Below are positions 9,243-16,618 of a DNA stretch of 64,000 nucleotides, one piece after another (the stretch's first letter is position 1; each line of letters begins with the position of its first letter). Under the pieces are notes generated by a model. That model was given only the letters and a program-made list of their open reading frames with translations. It was not told where the DNA came from and did not search any database. The DNA comes from Nevskiaceae bacterium (GTDB taxonomy: Bacteria; Pseudomonadota; Gammaproteobacteria; Nevskiales; Nevskiaceae). The DNA lies in the NCBI GenBank assembly GCA_036379455.1, contig DASVGQ010000054.1, positions 277 to 64,276 of the forward strand, written 5' to 3'. Made by a program: the position numbers and the translations under genes.

Positions 9243-10261
9243 GCGTCGCGTCGGACGGATCGACGGTTCTGACGCTGAAGGTGATCGAGGCCAGACAGCT
9301 CAACCCACTCATCAGGAAATTCCGACTCGCGGCGCCTGACGAGCGTGCTCTGCCGACGTGGTCTGCGGGATCGCATATCCAGGTTCAGGTGACTCTGCCG
9401 GATGGGGCGCAGGACTGGCGCCATTACTCGCTCATCAACCTCGAGCGGGCGGACGCGAGCAACGGCATGGTGCACAAGCAATCGCCGCGTACCGAATACA
9501 CGATCGCCGTGCGCCGCGAGAATCCTGGCCGCGGTGGTTCAGCGTTCATGCATGAGAAGCTGCGGGAAGGAGACACGCTCTCCGTGATCGCGCCGAAGAA
9601 CGATTTTCCTCTGACAGGTACGAACGGCACTACGGTCTTGCTGGCAGGGGGGATTGGCATCACGCCTCTCACGAGCATGGCCGCGTACTGCCACGGCCAC
9701 GGTCGCCCGGTACGCATGTGTTACGCGGGCCGATCGCGTGGGCTCATGGCGTTCATCCCCGAGTTGCAGGCCTTGTTGGGTGATGAGCTGCAGGTTCATG
9801 CCGATGACGAGCACGAGGGAAAAGTGCTGGATATCGACGCTTTTCTGGAAAGCTGCGGTGACGCGGATCATCTCTACGTGTGCGGGCCGAAGCCGATGCT
9901 TGACGCGGCGCTCAAGGCAACCAGCGCGCATGGATGGGACCCCGGACGCGTGCATTTCGAGCTGTTCGTCACGGGCGCCACGGCGTCGGGCGACCGCGCC
10001 TTCGAGGTGGTCTTGGCGCGATCGGGCAAGACCTTCATATGCCGCGCCGACCAGACCTTGCTCGATGCGCTCATCGAGCATGGTTGTGATCCGATGTACG
10101 ACTGCACGCGCGGCGAGTGCGGCGTGTGCACCACCGGCGTATTGGAAGGTGAGATCGATCATCGCGATTACGTGCTGTCGCAGGCGGAGCGGGATAGCGG
10201 AAAGATGATGCAGATCTGCGTATCGCGCGCGAAGGGCGACCGGATCGTGCTGGACATCTAG
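9239..10261 (+). CDS. PDR/VanB-type oxidoreductase (FMN-binding, NAD-binding, C-terminal plant-type 2Fe-2S)
   Basis: ATGA overlap with the preceding stop (9239-9242). WRHYSL flavin motif, LLAGGIGITPL NAD fold, C-terminal CTRGECGVCTTG...ICVS 2Fe-2S ligands. 340 aa. Confidence 0.88.
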   Translation: MSVASDGSTVLTLKVIEARQLNPLIRKFRLAAPDERALPTWSAGSHIQVQVTLPDGAQDWRHYSLINLERADASNGMVHKQSPRTEYTIAVRRENPGRGGSAFMHEKLREGDTLSVIAPKNDFPLTGTNGTTVLLAGGIGITPLTSMAAYCHGHGRPVRMCYAGRSRGLMAFIPELQALLGDELQVHADDEHEGKVLDIDAFLESCGDADHLYVCGPKPMLDAALKATSAHGWDPGRVHFELFVTGATASGDRAFEVVLARSGKTFICRADQTLLDALIEHGCDPMYDCTRGECGVCTTGVLEGEIDHRDYVLSQAERDSGKMMQICVSRAKGDRIVLDI

Positions 10262-10609
10262 AACGGCGCTGTCGTCGTATCGACGCTAACAAGATCCGCA
10301 CACGGGTACTTGTGCCCGCGCAACATACGTGCGGCTCGGCAGCAAGTTCCGCCGGTGCGCGGGCTCTGCACCGCCCGAGGTCTCAGCCCGCCCCAGCCCT
10401 GCTACGAATGGCGGTAGCCTCGCTTGAACGAGGTCACCGCATGACCCGTCCCGTCCAGGGCCGGTAGCTCGGTGCCGTATCGGCGGTGCGGTGCGGCCGC
10501 ACACGTCAGCGCACTGCGTATTCCGGTGAGCGCCGGGCGACTCGTGAACCGCGAACAACCGGACGTCTGACGACCGTTACGGCATACAGAGACACTCGGC
10601 ACTTTCGGC

Positions 10610-10655
10610 GTGACCGAGCTTCCCGCGCGACGCGATGTGCGCGGGTGACCGAGCT
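10610..10655. repeat. Hairpin flanked by an 11-nt direct repeat
   Basis: GTGACCGAGCT (10610-10620) and GTGACCGAGCT (10645-10655) bracket the inverted repeat CCCGCGC...GCGCGGG, in the 473-bp non-coding spacer between the reductase and cyclase genes. Confidence 0.4.
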
Positions 10656-10734
10656 GTCGCCAGCCCGGTCGGCGCGAATCTTCGCTTGTCGCTGCTCGTG
10701 GCGATAACGGGCCTCCGGGCTTCTGAGCCTCCGT

Positions 10735-11517
10735 TCAGGGAACCAGCGCCAGAACGCGAAGCGGGCTGCCCGAGCCGTGCTCGATCTTGAGCGGCGCAGC
10801 GATGATGACGGATCCGGTGGGTGGCAGCTTGTCGAGGTTGTTGAGGCACTGCAGACCGAAGCGGCCGTTGCCGTGCATCAACGTGTGGCAGGGGTACGGA
10901 AGCGGCCAGCCGAAGGCTTGCCCGGCGTCCGTGTTGATCGTTTCCACGCCGAAGCCGTGGACGTTGCGTTCCTTGATGAGCCACTCGACCGCTTCCTGCG
11001 TCGGGCCCGGCGTGTGCGCACCATCCGCCTTCACGTTGGCATAGGAGTCCGGATTGGTTTCGAGCCGCTTGCTCCAGCCCGTGCGGAACAGGACCCAGTT
11101 GTCGTTCGGGATGCGGCCGTGCTTGGCTTCCCACTGCTTGAGATAGTCCGGCGTCAACAGCCAGTCGTCGTTGCGGCTGACAGGTTCCGTCGCGTCCACG
11201 ACCACCGCGCAGGCGATGAACTTGTGCGGATCGATCGTATCCACGGAGTTGTGCGGAAGATCCTTGCCCGATGACCAATGAATCGGCGCGTCGAAATGCG
11301 TGCCTGTGTGTTCGCAGCACGTGAAGTTGTTCCAATACCACGTGATGCCACGCTCGTCGTAGTGCGAGATTTCCTCGATCTTGAACGCGCTCGCCTGACC
11401 AAACTGTGGAGGAAGCACCAGCTGCGGGAACTTCGGTGACAGCGTATGCGTCAGGTCGATCATCCGGAAGTTGCCCTTCGCCAGAAGCTGCGCGAAATTC
11501 ATCGATTCGTTTGCCAT
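10735..11517 (-). CDS. Cyclase family hydrolase (kynurenine formamidase / isatin hydrolase family)
   Basis: ATG at 11517 preceded by GGAGGA. Metal-binding signature CEHTGTHFDAPIHW (HxGTHxDxPxH). 260 aa. Confidence 0.85.
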   Translation of the reverse strand: MANESMNFAQLLAKGNFRMIDLTHTLSPKFPQLVLPPQFGQASAFKIEEISHYDERGITWYWNNFTCCEHTGTHFDAPIHWSSGKDLPHNSVDTIDPHKFIACAVVVDATEPVSRNDDWLLTPDYLKQWEAKHGRIPNDNWVLFRTGWSKRLETNPDSYANVKADGAHTPGPTQEAVEWLIKERNVHGFGVETINTDAGQAFGWPLPYPCHTLMHGNGRFGLQCLNNLDKLPPTGSVIIAAPLKIEHGSGSPLRVLALVP

Positions 11518-11739
11518 CGTGTCCTCCATTGAAAGATTGGTCGGCTGTGAAAAATACGTTTGCGTGCCGGTGCACGGCTCGTTGACCCGCGCCTGCCCGT
11601 CACGCGACGGTTCCATCTCATTGTTCTCCATCCTACCGCGATGCTGCGTTGGCGAGCCCGCCTGCGCCTTGTACCCGTGATGGGCGCGAGGGCTGGACTC
11701 TGTCGCAAGCTGTACGCGGATGCACGTGTGAACGAATAC

Positions 11740-12588
11740 CTATCCCGCGGGCTCGCTACCCCCGCCGTTGCTCTTGAGCACTCGTTCGAACCAGATGCGC
11801 GGTGAAATGCCTTGATCGGGTCCGAGGATGGAGAACCCGCCGTCAACGGGAAAGTCCACGCCGGTGACCCAGGACGCCGCGTCACTGGCGACGAAGGCGA
11901 TGACGTTGCCGATCTCTGCGCCGTTGCCGATGCGCCCCAGCGGGTGGACGAGCGCCCCTACGCGGTCCGCGTCGCGCCGGGAACCGTGACTCATGCGCTC
12001 GGTAGCAGGGGACCACGTCCAGGCGGGTGACACCGCTACGGCCCGGATGCCTTGCGGCGCCAGCGTTACCGCCAAGTTCTTCGTGAACTGCAGCATCGCG
12101 GCCTTCGAAGCCGGGTAGAGGGCGCGTCCCATTGCGCCGAACTTTCCTCCGGTGCTGCCCATGTTCACGACGACGCCGCCGCGCGGCATGTGCGGAACCG
12201 CCTGCTGCGTGAAGATCGCGGCGGAGATCAGGTTGACGCCGAGCGTGTCGTGCCACTGTGCGCGTGTCGATGCGAGGCCGTTGTCGACGTAGCTGCAGGC
12301 GTTGTTGACGAGGATGTCCAGATGTCCGAACTGCGCCAGGGTTTGTGTGATGCACCGCTCGACGTCGTCGTCCTTCTGGATGTCGGTGGCGCAGTACAGC
12401 GCCTTGCCGCCGTGGCTGCGCAACTCTTCCGCCACGGCTTCGCCCAGCGACGCATTGATGTCTGCGATGACCACCGCCGCGCCGCAGCGTGCCAGGACGC
12501 GTGCCGTATCCGCTCCCACGCCCTGAGCGCTTCCCGTGACGATGGCCGTCCTGCCGTCGAGATCGGCGGGTTTCGCCGTGCTGCTCAT
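11740..12588 (-). CDS. Short-chain dehydrogenase/reductase (SDR), paralog of 2256..3044
   Basis: TGSAQGVG fold, NNACSY, YPASK, PVDGG. Shares the unusual strings ACSY-D-G-STRA-WH, SP-WTWS and LGP-QG with the SDR at 2256..3044. Start chosen at ATG 12588 (MSSTAK). Confidence 0.85.
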   Translation of the reverse strand: MSSTAKPADLDGRTAIVTGSAQGVGADTARVLARCGAAVVIADINASLGEAVAEELRSHGGKALYCATDIQKDDDVERCITQTLAQFGHLDILVNNACSYVDNGLASTRAQWHDTLGVNLISAAIFTQQAVPHMPRGGVVVNMGSTGGKFGAMGRALYPASKAAMLQFTKNLAVTLAPQGIRAVAVSPAWTWSPATERMSHGSRRDADRVGALVHPLGRIGNGAEIGNVIAFVASDAASWVTGVDFPVDGGFSILGPDQGISPRIWFERVLKSNGGGSEPAG

Positions 12589-12761
12589 TTCGCGTTTACC
12601 TCGCTGTCCGGCCATGAAGCTGTGGACCCCTTGCGTGTCGCCGCATCAACGGCTCACGTGCTCCGACACGCGCCGGATGGTGCGACTTCGCCGCGCGCGC
12701 GTGGCTGGAGACGCTGATTCGTCGAGCTGCCGGCGTGTGACATGGGGCGTCCTGCAAGAGA

Positions 12762-13382
12762 TCATGCGCCCCGTAAGCGCTGGTCGGCGGCTGCACCATC
12801 AAGGATGTCGGCGATAAGGCTCATGCTGTGCAGCGACGCTCGGTGGACCGCGGGATCTGCGGCCGAACAGGCGTCCGCGGCGACTCCTACCTCGAAGCCC
12901 ATGTCCACGGCATGCCGCACCGTGCTCTCCACGACCGAATGTGTCGCGACGCCGGCGACCACCAGCCGCGTCGCGCCGATGACGCGCAGCGTCTCCTCCA
13001 GCGGCGAGCCGAAGAACGCGTTGATCCGCGAGTGCTTGACGATGAACTCACTCAGGCTGCTGGTGTCAGGGGCGAGCGTTGGATGGAATTCCGCGCCCCA
13101 GCTGCCTTCCGCGCATGCGCCGATGCGCGCGACGTTCCGGAAGATCGGTGCGTTCTTCAGGATATCCGCGCCGTCCGCTCGAAACGCGACGCGCACATGC
13201 ACGATCGGAACCGCGCACTCGCGCGCCGTCACGAGCAGGCGGTGCGCTGCGGCCAGCAGCCGCGCGCGCTCGGGGCTGTCCTCGCCGATGCCGACGCGGA
13301 TCTTGCCGCGCTCGTCAAGGACGTCGTTCTGGTAGTGCAGCGCGAGGAGCGCGATCGGCGCCGGATCTCTCGCGTCTTTCAC
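12762..13382 (-). CDS. Isochorismatase-family hydrolase
   Basis: 206 aa. GTG start overlapping the upstream TGA (GTGA). Family pattern ...VHVRVAF...KHSRINAFFGSPLEETLR..GATRLVVAGVATHSVVESTVRHA. By my hand alignment, the position where the amidase branch of this family has its Cys nucleophile reads Ser. Confidence 0.8.
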   Translation of the reverse strand: MKDARDPAPIALLALHYQNDVLDERGKIRVGIGEDSPERARLLAAAHRLLVTARECAVPIVHVRVAFRADGADILKNAPIFRNVARIGACAEGSWGAEFHPTLAPDTSSLSEFIVKHSRINAFFGSPLEETLRVIGATRLVVAGVATHSVVESTVRHAVDMGFEVGVAADACSAADPAVHRASLHSMSLIADILDGAAADQRLRGA

Positions 13383-13915
13383 ATGTACAGCTCGATGGCC
13401 TCGTAGGCGCCGTCACAGTCGATGAGATCAACGCGCTTGAGCTTGATCTTCCAGCTGTCGCCGTCGGCGACCAGTTTGTGGACGCAGGATCCGGCCCGAT
13501 GGAACATCGTTTCGCGCCGCCACTCCGTCATGTGGATGACCGAGCGGACGAGCAGGCAGCCATCGGAATCCGTTCCGTCCACGGTGACGTTGCCGATCAG
13601 GCGCGACGCGTAAGAACGCGGCTGCTGCGACCAGCGCCGCGGGCTGTCGAGGATGCGCATGCGCACGCGACGCAGCACGTCGTCGTCCCAGCACAGCGAC
13701 AGCGCGTCATAGGGGCTCTGCTGATCGCGGCTGCGCGGGATCCAGTACATGCCGTCCGGCGTCCACAGCTTGAGCCACGCGTCCCACTGGCGCGTGTCCA
13801 GAAGCCGCGCCTCGTGGTAGAGGAATTGGCTGAGCTGTTGATAGGTATCGGCCGGCACCGCGACGCGCTTGGTCGCCTCGGTCGAATAGTCGAACTTTTC
13901 TTCCATCAGCATCAT
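13379..13915 (-). CDS. Aromatic ring-hydroxylating dioxygenase, beta (small) subunit
   Basis: 178 aa. ATG at 13915 with GAGGAG RBS. YHEARLLDTRQWDAWLKLWTPDGMYWIP is the typical SnoaL-like RHO beta N-terminal core. Directly downstream of the alpha subunit. Confidence 0.88.
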   Translation of the reverse strand: MMLMEEKFDYSTEATKRVAVPADTYQQLSQFLYHEARLLDTRQWDAWLKLWTPDGMYWIPRSRDQQSPYDALSLCWDDDVLRRVRMRILDSPRRWSQQPRSYASRLIGNVTVDGTDSDGCLLVRSVIHMTEWRRETMFHRAGSCVHKLVADGDSWKIKLKRVDLIDCDGAYEAIELYM

Positions 13916-13942
13916 GGTGATTTCTCCTCGGATCGCGGTGGC

Positions 13943-15253
13943 TCAGGCGGCGGCCAGCATGTACTGCTTCCATGCGTTGAACTGGTTGCGCATCGGCAGC
14001 TCGCTGGTGCCGTTGATGGCGACCAGGCCTCCGTCGATAGGCTTGTCTGTCCCCGCGTAACGATGCTGGCTTACCCATTCGCCGCCGCGCGTGCGGTTGC
14101 CCATCTGGCAGCGGAAGTACACCTCGAGGTCGTCAGGCATCACCGCCGACGCCGGCGAGTTGATCACGTTGCAGTACATCAGCGCCCGCCTATACACCTC
14201 TTCCGGTGCACCTTTGAGCCGGAAGACCTGGATCTCGATCAACGTGCGGTCGACGCTCAGCGGCCGGATGATGCGGAACTGCTGGAACACGGTGTGCGGC
14301 GAGCCGCTGCCGTAGATGATGGTGTTGTGCCGGTTCTCGCTGAGGATCTCCAACGCCCGTTTCTCACCGTAGGCGTCGATCAGCGTCTGGTAGTGGGCGT
14401 GGCTGATCGGATCCTTTTTGATCGAGCCCGGATCGAAGATGCCTTCCATGTAGCTGTGCCCGTGGTCGAAGGCCACGAGCTTGAGTTTCTCCCAGAATTC
14501 GTAAGGCTGCCCGTTGTTTTCCATGATGTGAAGGCGCAGGGGCATCTGCTCCAGGCCCTCGGCTTTCACCTCGTCGCGCGCCGCCTGGATGGCGGATTCG
14601 TGCGTGACACGCGCGTGCATGGTGTCGTTGAGGTTCTCGTAGAACACCTTCCAGTTCGCGCGCTGGATGACGCGGAACACGTTCTTCGAGGCGACGACCT
14701 CGCCTTCCGGGGCACGGTCGCAGAAGTTGTCGAGCGAGGAGCGCGCTCCGCCGAGAAATTCCGGCAAGGGGATCCCGTCCGCCGCCTGGCTGGCGAAGAC
14801 GAAGCCGCGGTAGCTGTCCACGCGCGCGAGCTCACGCATGGAGAATTCCGGCGAGGCTGGATCGAAGCGCGTGCCTTCGAGGCCCAGCTTCATGGGTGCC
14901 GCAAGGTGGTGGCCGTTGAGCCGGAAGGTCCAGCCGTGGTAGGGGCAGCGGAAGAACTTGCCGGCGCAGCCGTTTCCCTCGGGAACCACCATGGCGCCCT
15001 TGTGGGGGCAGCGGTTGTAGAGGACGTGGACCTTGCCGTCGTCGGCGCGCACCATCACGACGTCCTGATCTCCGATCATCGTCGCGTGGTAGTCGCCGAC
15101 GTTCGGCACCTGGCTGTCGTGCCCGACGTAGACCCAGATGCGCCCGTAGATGCGCTGCATCTCGAGCTTGAAGAGCTCGGGATCCGTGTAGATGGACTTG
15201 TTGACGCTGTCCGGGCGCACCAGCGCGCCGATCTGTTCCTTGCTGTATGGCAT
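13943..15253 (-). CDS. Rieske non-heme iron aromatic ring-hydroxylating dioxygenase, alpha (large) subunit
   Basis: ATG at 15253 with GGAGGA RBS. Rieske motif CPHKG...(17 aa)...CPYHGW. Mononuclear iron motif ENLNDTMHARVTH. 436 aa. Confidence 0.9.
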   Translation of the reverse strand: MPYSKEQIGALVRPDSVNKSIYTDPELFKLEMQRIYGRIWVYVGHDSQVPNVGDYHATMIGDQDVVMVRADDGKVHVLYNRCPHKGAMVVPEGNGCAGKFFRCPYHGWTFRLNGHHLAAPMKLGLEGTRFDPASPEFSMRELARVDSYRGFVFASQAADGIPLPEFLGGARSSLDNFCDRAPEGEVVASKNVFRVIQRANWKVFYENLNDTMHARVTHESAIQAARDEVKAEGLEQMPLRLHIMENNGQPYEFWEKLKLVAFDHGHSYMEGIFDPGSIKKDPISHAHYQTLIDAYGEKRALEILSENRHNTIIYGSGSPHTVFQQFRIIRPLSVDRTLIEIQVFRLKGAPEEVYRRALMYCNVINSPASAVMPDDLEVYFRCQMGNRTRGGEWVSQHRYAGTDKPIDGGLVAINGTSELPMRNQFNAWKQYMLAAA

Positions 15254-15273
15254 GTGTGTCGATCCTCCGTTGC

Positions 15274-16485
15274 TTACATTTCCATCCGGCACTCGTGGGC
15301 GAAGGGATCGTGGTAGTCCTTGAGGATCGTCATCGCCGTCTTGTTCACAAGACCGGTCTTGTTGATGGCTGCGTCCCCCGTGTCCGTCACGATCTCGCGC
15401 AGGTAGTAGTCCTGGATGGGGTAGTGGTTGACGTTGAACTTGAAATTGCCGCGCACGGACTTGAAGTTGGCCGCTGCCAGCGCCGTGCGGAATGCGGCCT
15501 TGTCCTTGATGTTGCCCTTGACGTCACGCGCCGCTCCGTCGATCAGCATCGCCGCGTCGTAGCCCTGCGACGCGTAGAGCGTGGGGATGCGGCCGTATTC
15601 CTTCTGGAAATCCGCGACGAAGCGTTCGTTCTGCGGGTTGCGGAAGTCGGGCCCCCATTGCGCGGAGTTGAAGCTGCCCTTCATCGGCTGGCCGACGGCG
15701 ACGATGGTGTCCTGATCGCCGGAGAATCCCGGCATGTAGAGCTTCATGGTCTGGTTCAGCCCGGAGCTGTCGAACTGCTTGATGAAGCTCACGCCCATGC
15801 CGCCCGGCAGGAAGAAGAACACCGAGTTCGCTCCCGAGGCGCGTGCCTGCGCAAGTTCCGCTGAATAGTCGAGCTGTCCGAGCTTGGTGTAGACCTCCGC
15901 GGCGATCTTGCCCTTGTACAGGCGCTTGAAGCCGCCGATGGATTCCCGGCCGCCCGGATAATCCGGCGCGATCAGGAACACGCTCCCGTCCTTCTGGTGC
16001 TCGGAGACGTACTGCCCCATGGCTGCCGGAATATCCTCGTTTTCCCACGACACGACGAAGAAGTTCTTGTTGCATTCAGCCCCGGCGTACTTCGCTGGCC
16101 CGGTATTGGTGGAGATGTAGACGGTGTCACTGCCGAGGATGGAGGGCATCACCGGCAGCAGCACGTTGGAGAAGACCATCCCCGTCATCACGTCCACGTG
16201 GTCGCGCTTGAGCAGCCGGTCCACCGCCTGGCGGCCGGTCGTGGGATCCTGATGATCGTCCGCAACGATCACGGTTGTGTCGAGGTCGCCCAGCTTGCCG
16301 CCGGCGTGCTTTACCGCCAGCTGGAAGCCATCGCGGATGTCGGCACCGAGCGCCGCGCCGGGGCCGGAAAGCGTCGAAAGGAATCCAACCTTGATCGAAT
16401 CCGCGGCGGAAGCTGCCGATGACGCGATGCCGACGATCCCCGCCACGGCCAGCACGCGACCGATCTGCAAGTACCCTGTCCCCAT
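15274..16485 (-). CDS. ABC transporter periplasmic substrate-binding protein (LivJ/branched-chain amino acid-type fold)
   Basis: ATG at 16485 (RBS GGGAGGGGAA). Signal peptide ending ASAADS, then IKVGFLSTLSGPGAALG, typical of type I SBPs. No permease or ATPase genes adjacent. Confidence 0.8.
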   Translation of the reverse strand: MGTGYLQIGRVLAVAGIVGIASSAASAADSIKVGFLSTLSGPGAALGADIRDGFQLAVKHAGGKLGDLDTTVIVADDHQDPTTGRQAVDRLLKRDHVDVMTGMVFSNVLLPVMPSILGSDTVYISTNTGPAKYAGAECNKNFFVVSWENEDIPAAMGQYVSEHQKDGSVFLIAPDYPGGRESIGGFKRLYKGKIAAEVYTKLGQLDYSAELAQARASGANSVFFFLPGGMGVSFIKQFDSSGLNQTMKLYMPGFSGDQDTIVAVGQPMKGSFNSAQWGPDFRNPQNERFVADFQKEYGRIPTLYASQGYDAAMLIDGAARDVKGNIKDKAAFRTALAAANFKSVRGNFKFNVNHYPIQDYYLREIVTDTGDAAINKTGLVNKTAMTILKDYHDPFAHECRMEM

Positions 16486-16511
16486 GTTCCCCTCCCAAGT
16501 ACCGGTGGACT

Positions 16512-16575
16512 CCTGATCATGGTGGCGAGCTGCGTGCAACGCTATCCAGTTCTGGCAGTTTTGAGCCTGATCATG
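16512..16575. promoter_or_regulatory. 10-bp direct repeat CCTGATCATG x2 in the divergent AraC / SBP-dioxygenase promoter region (candidate operator)
   Basis: Identical copies at 16512-16521 and 16566-16575, 54 bp apart (about five helical turns). Each contains the palindrome TGATCA. They lie between the start codons at 16485 (minus strand) and 16619 (plus strand). Confidence 0.35.
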
Positions 16576-16618
16576 CAACATCTCCGCGATCTGGCTGTCT
16601 CGGGGGAGAGGTGATGCC

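Noticed and set aside
13079-15316. Very long track ORFs antisense to, or out of frame with, recognised genes. Examples: 13079..15316 (+, 745 aa), 22685..24439 (-, 584 aa), 28273..29844 (-, 523 aa), 36623..38491 (-, 622 aa), 58285..60135 (-, 616 aa), 5227..6546 (-, 439 aa).
   Set aside because: Their translations are Arg/Ala/Gly/Pro/His-rich low-information strings with no motifs, and each is fully covered by a motif-rich gene on the other strand. This is the classic stop-codon-poor artefact of high-GC DNA.
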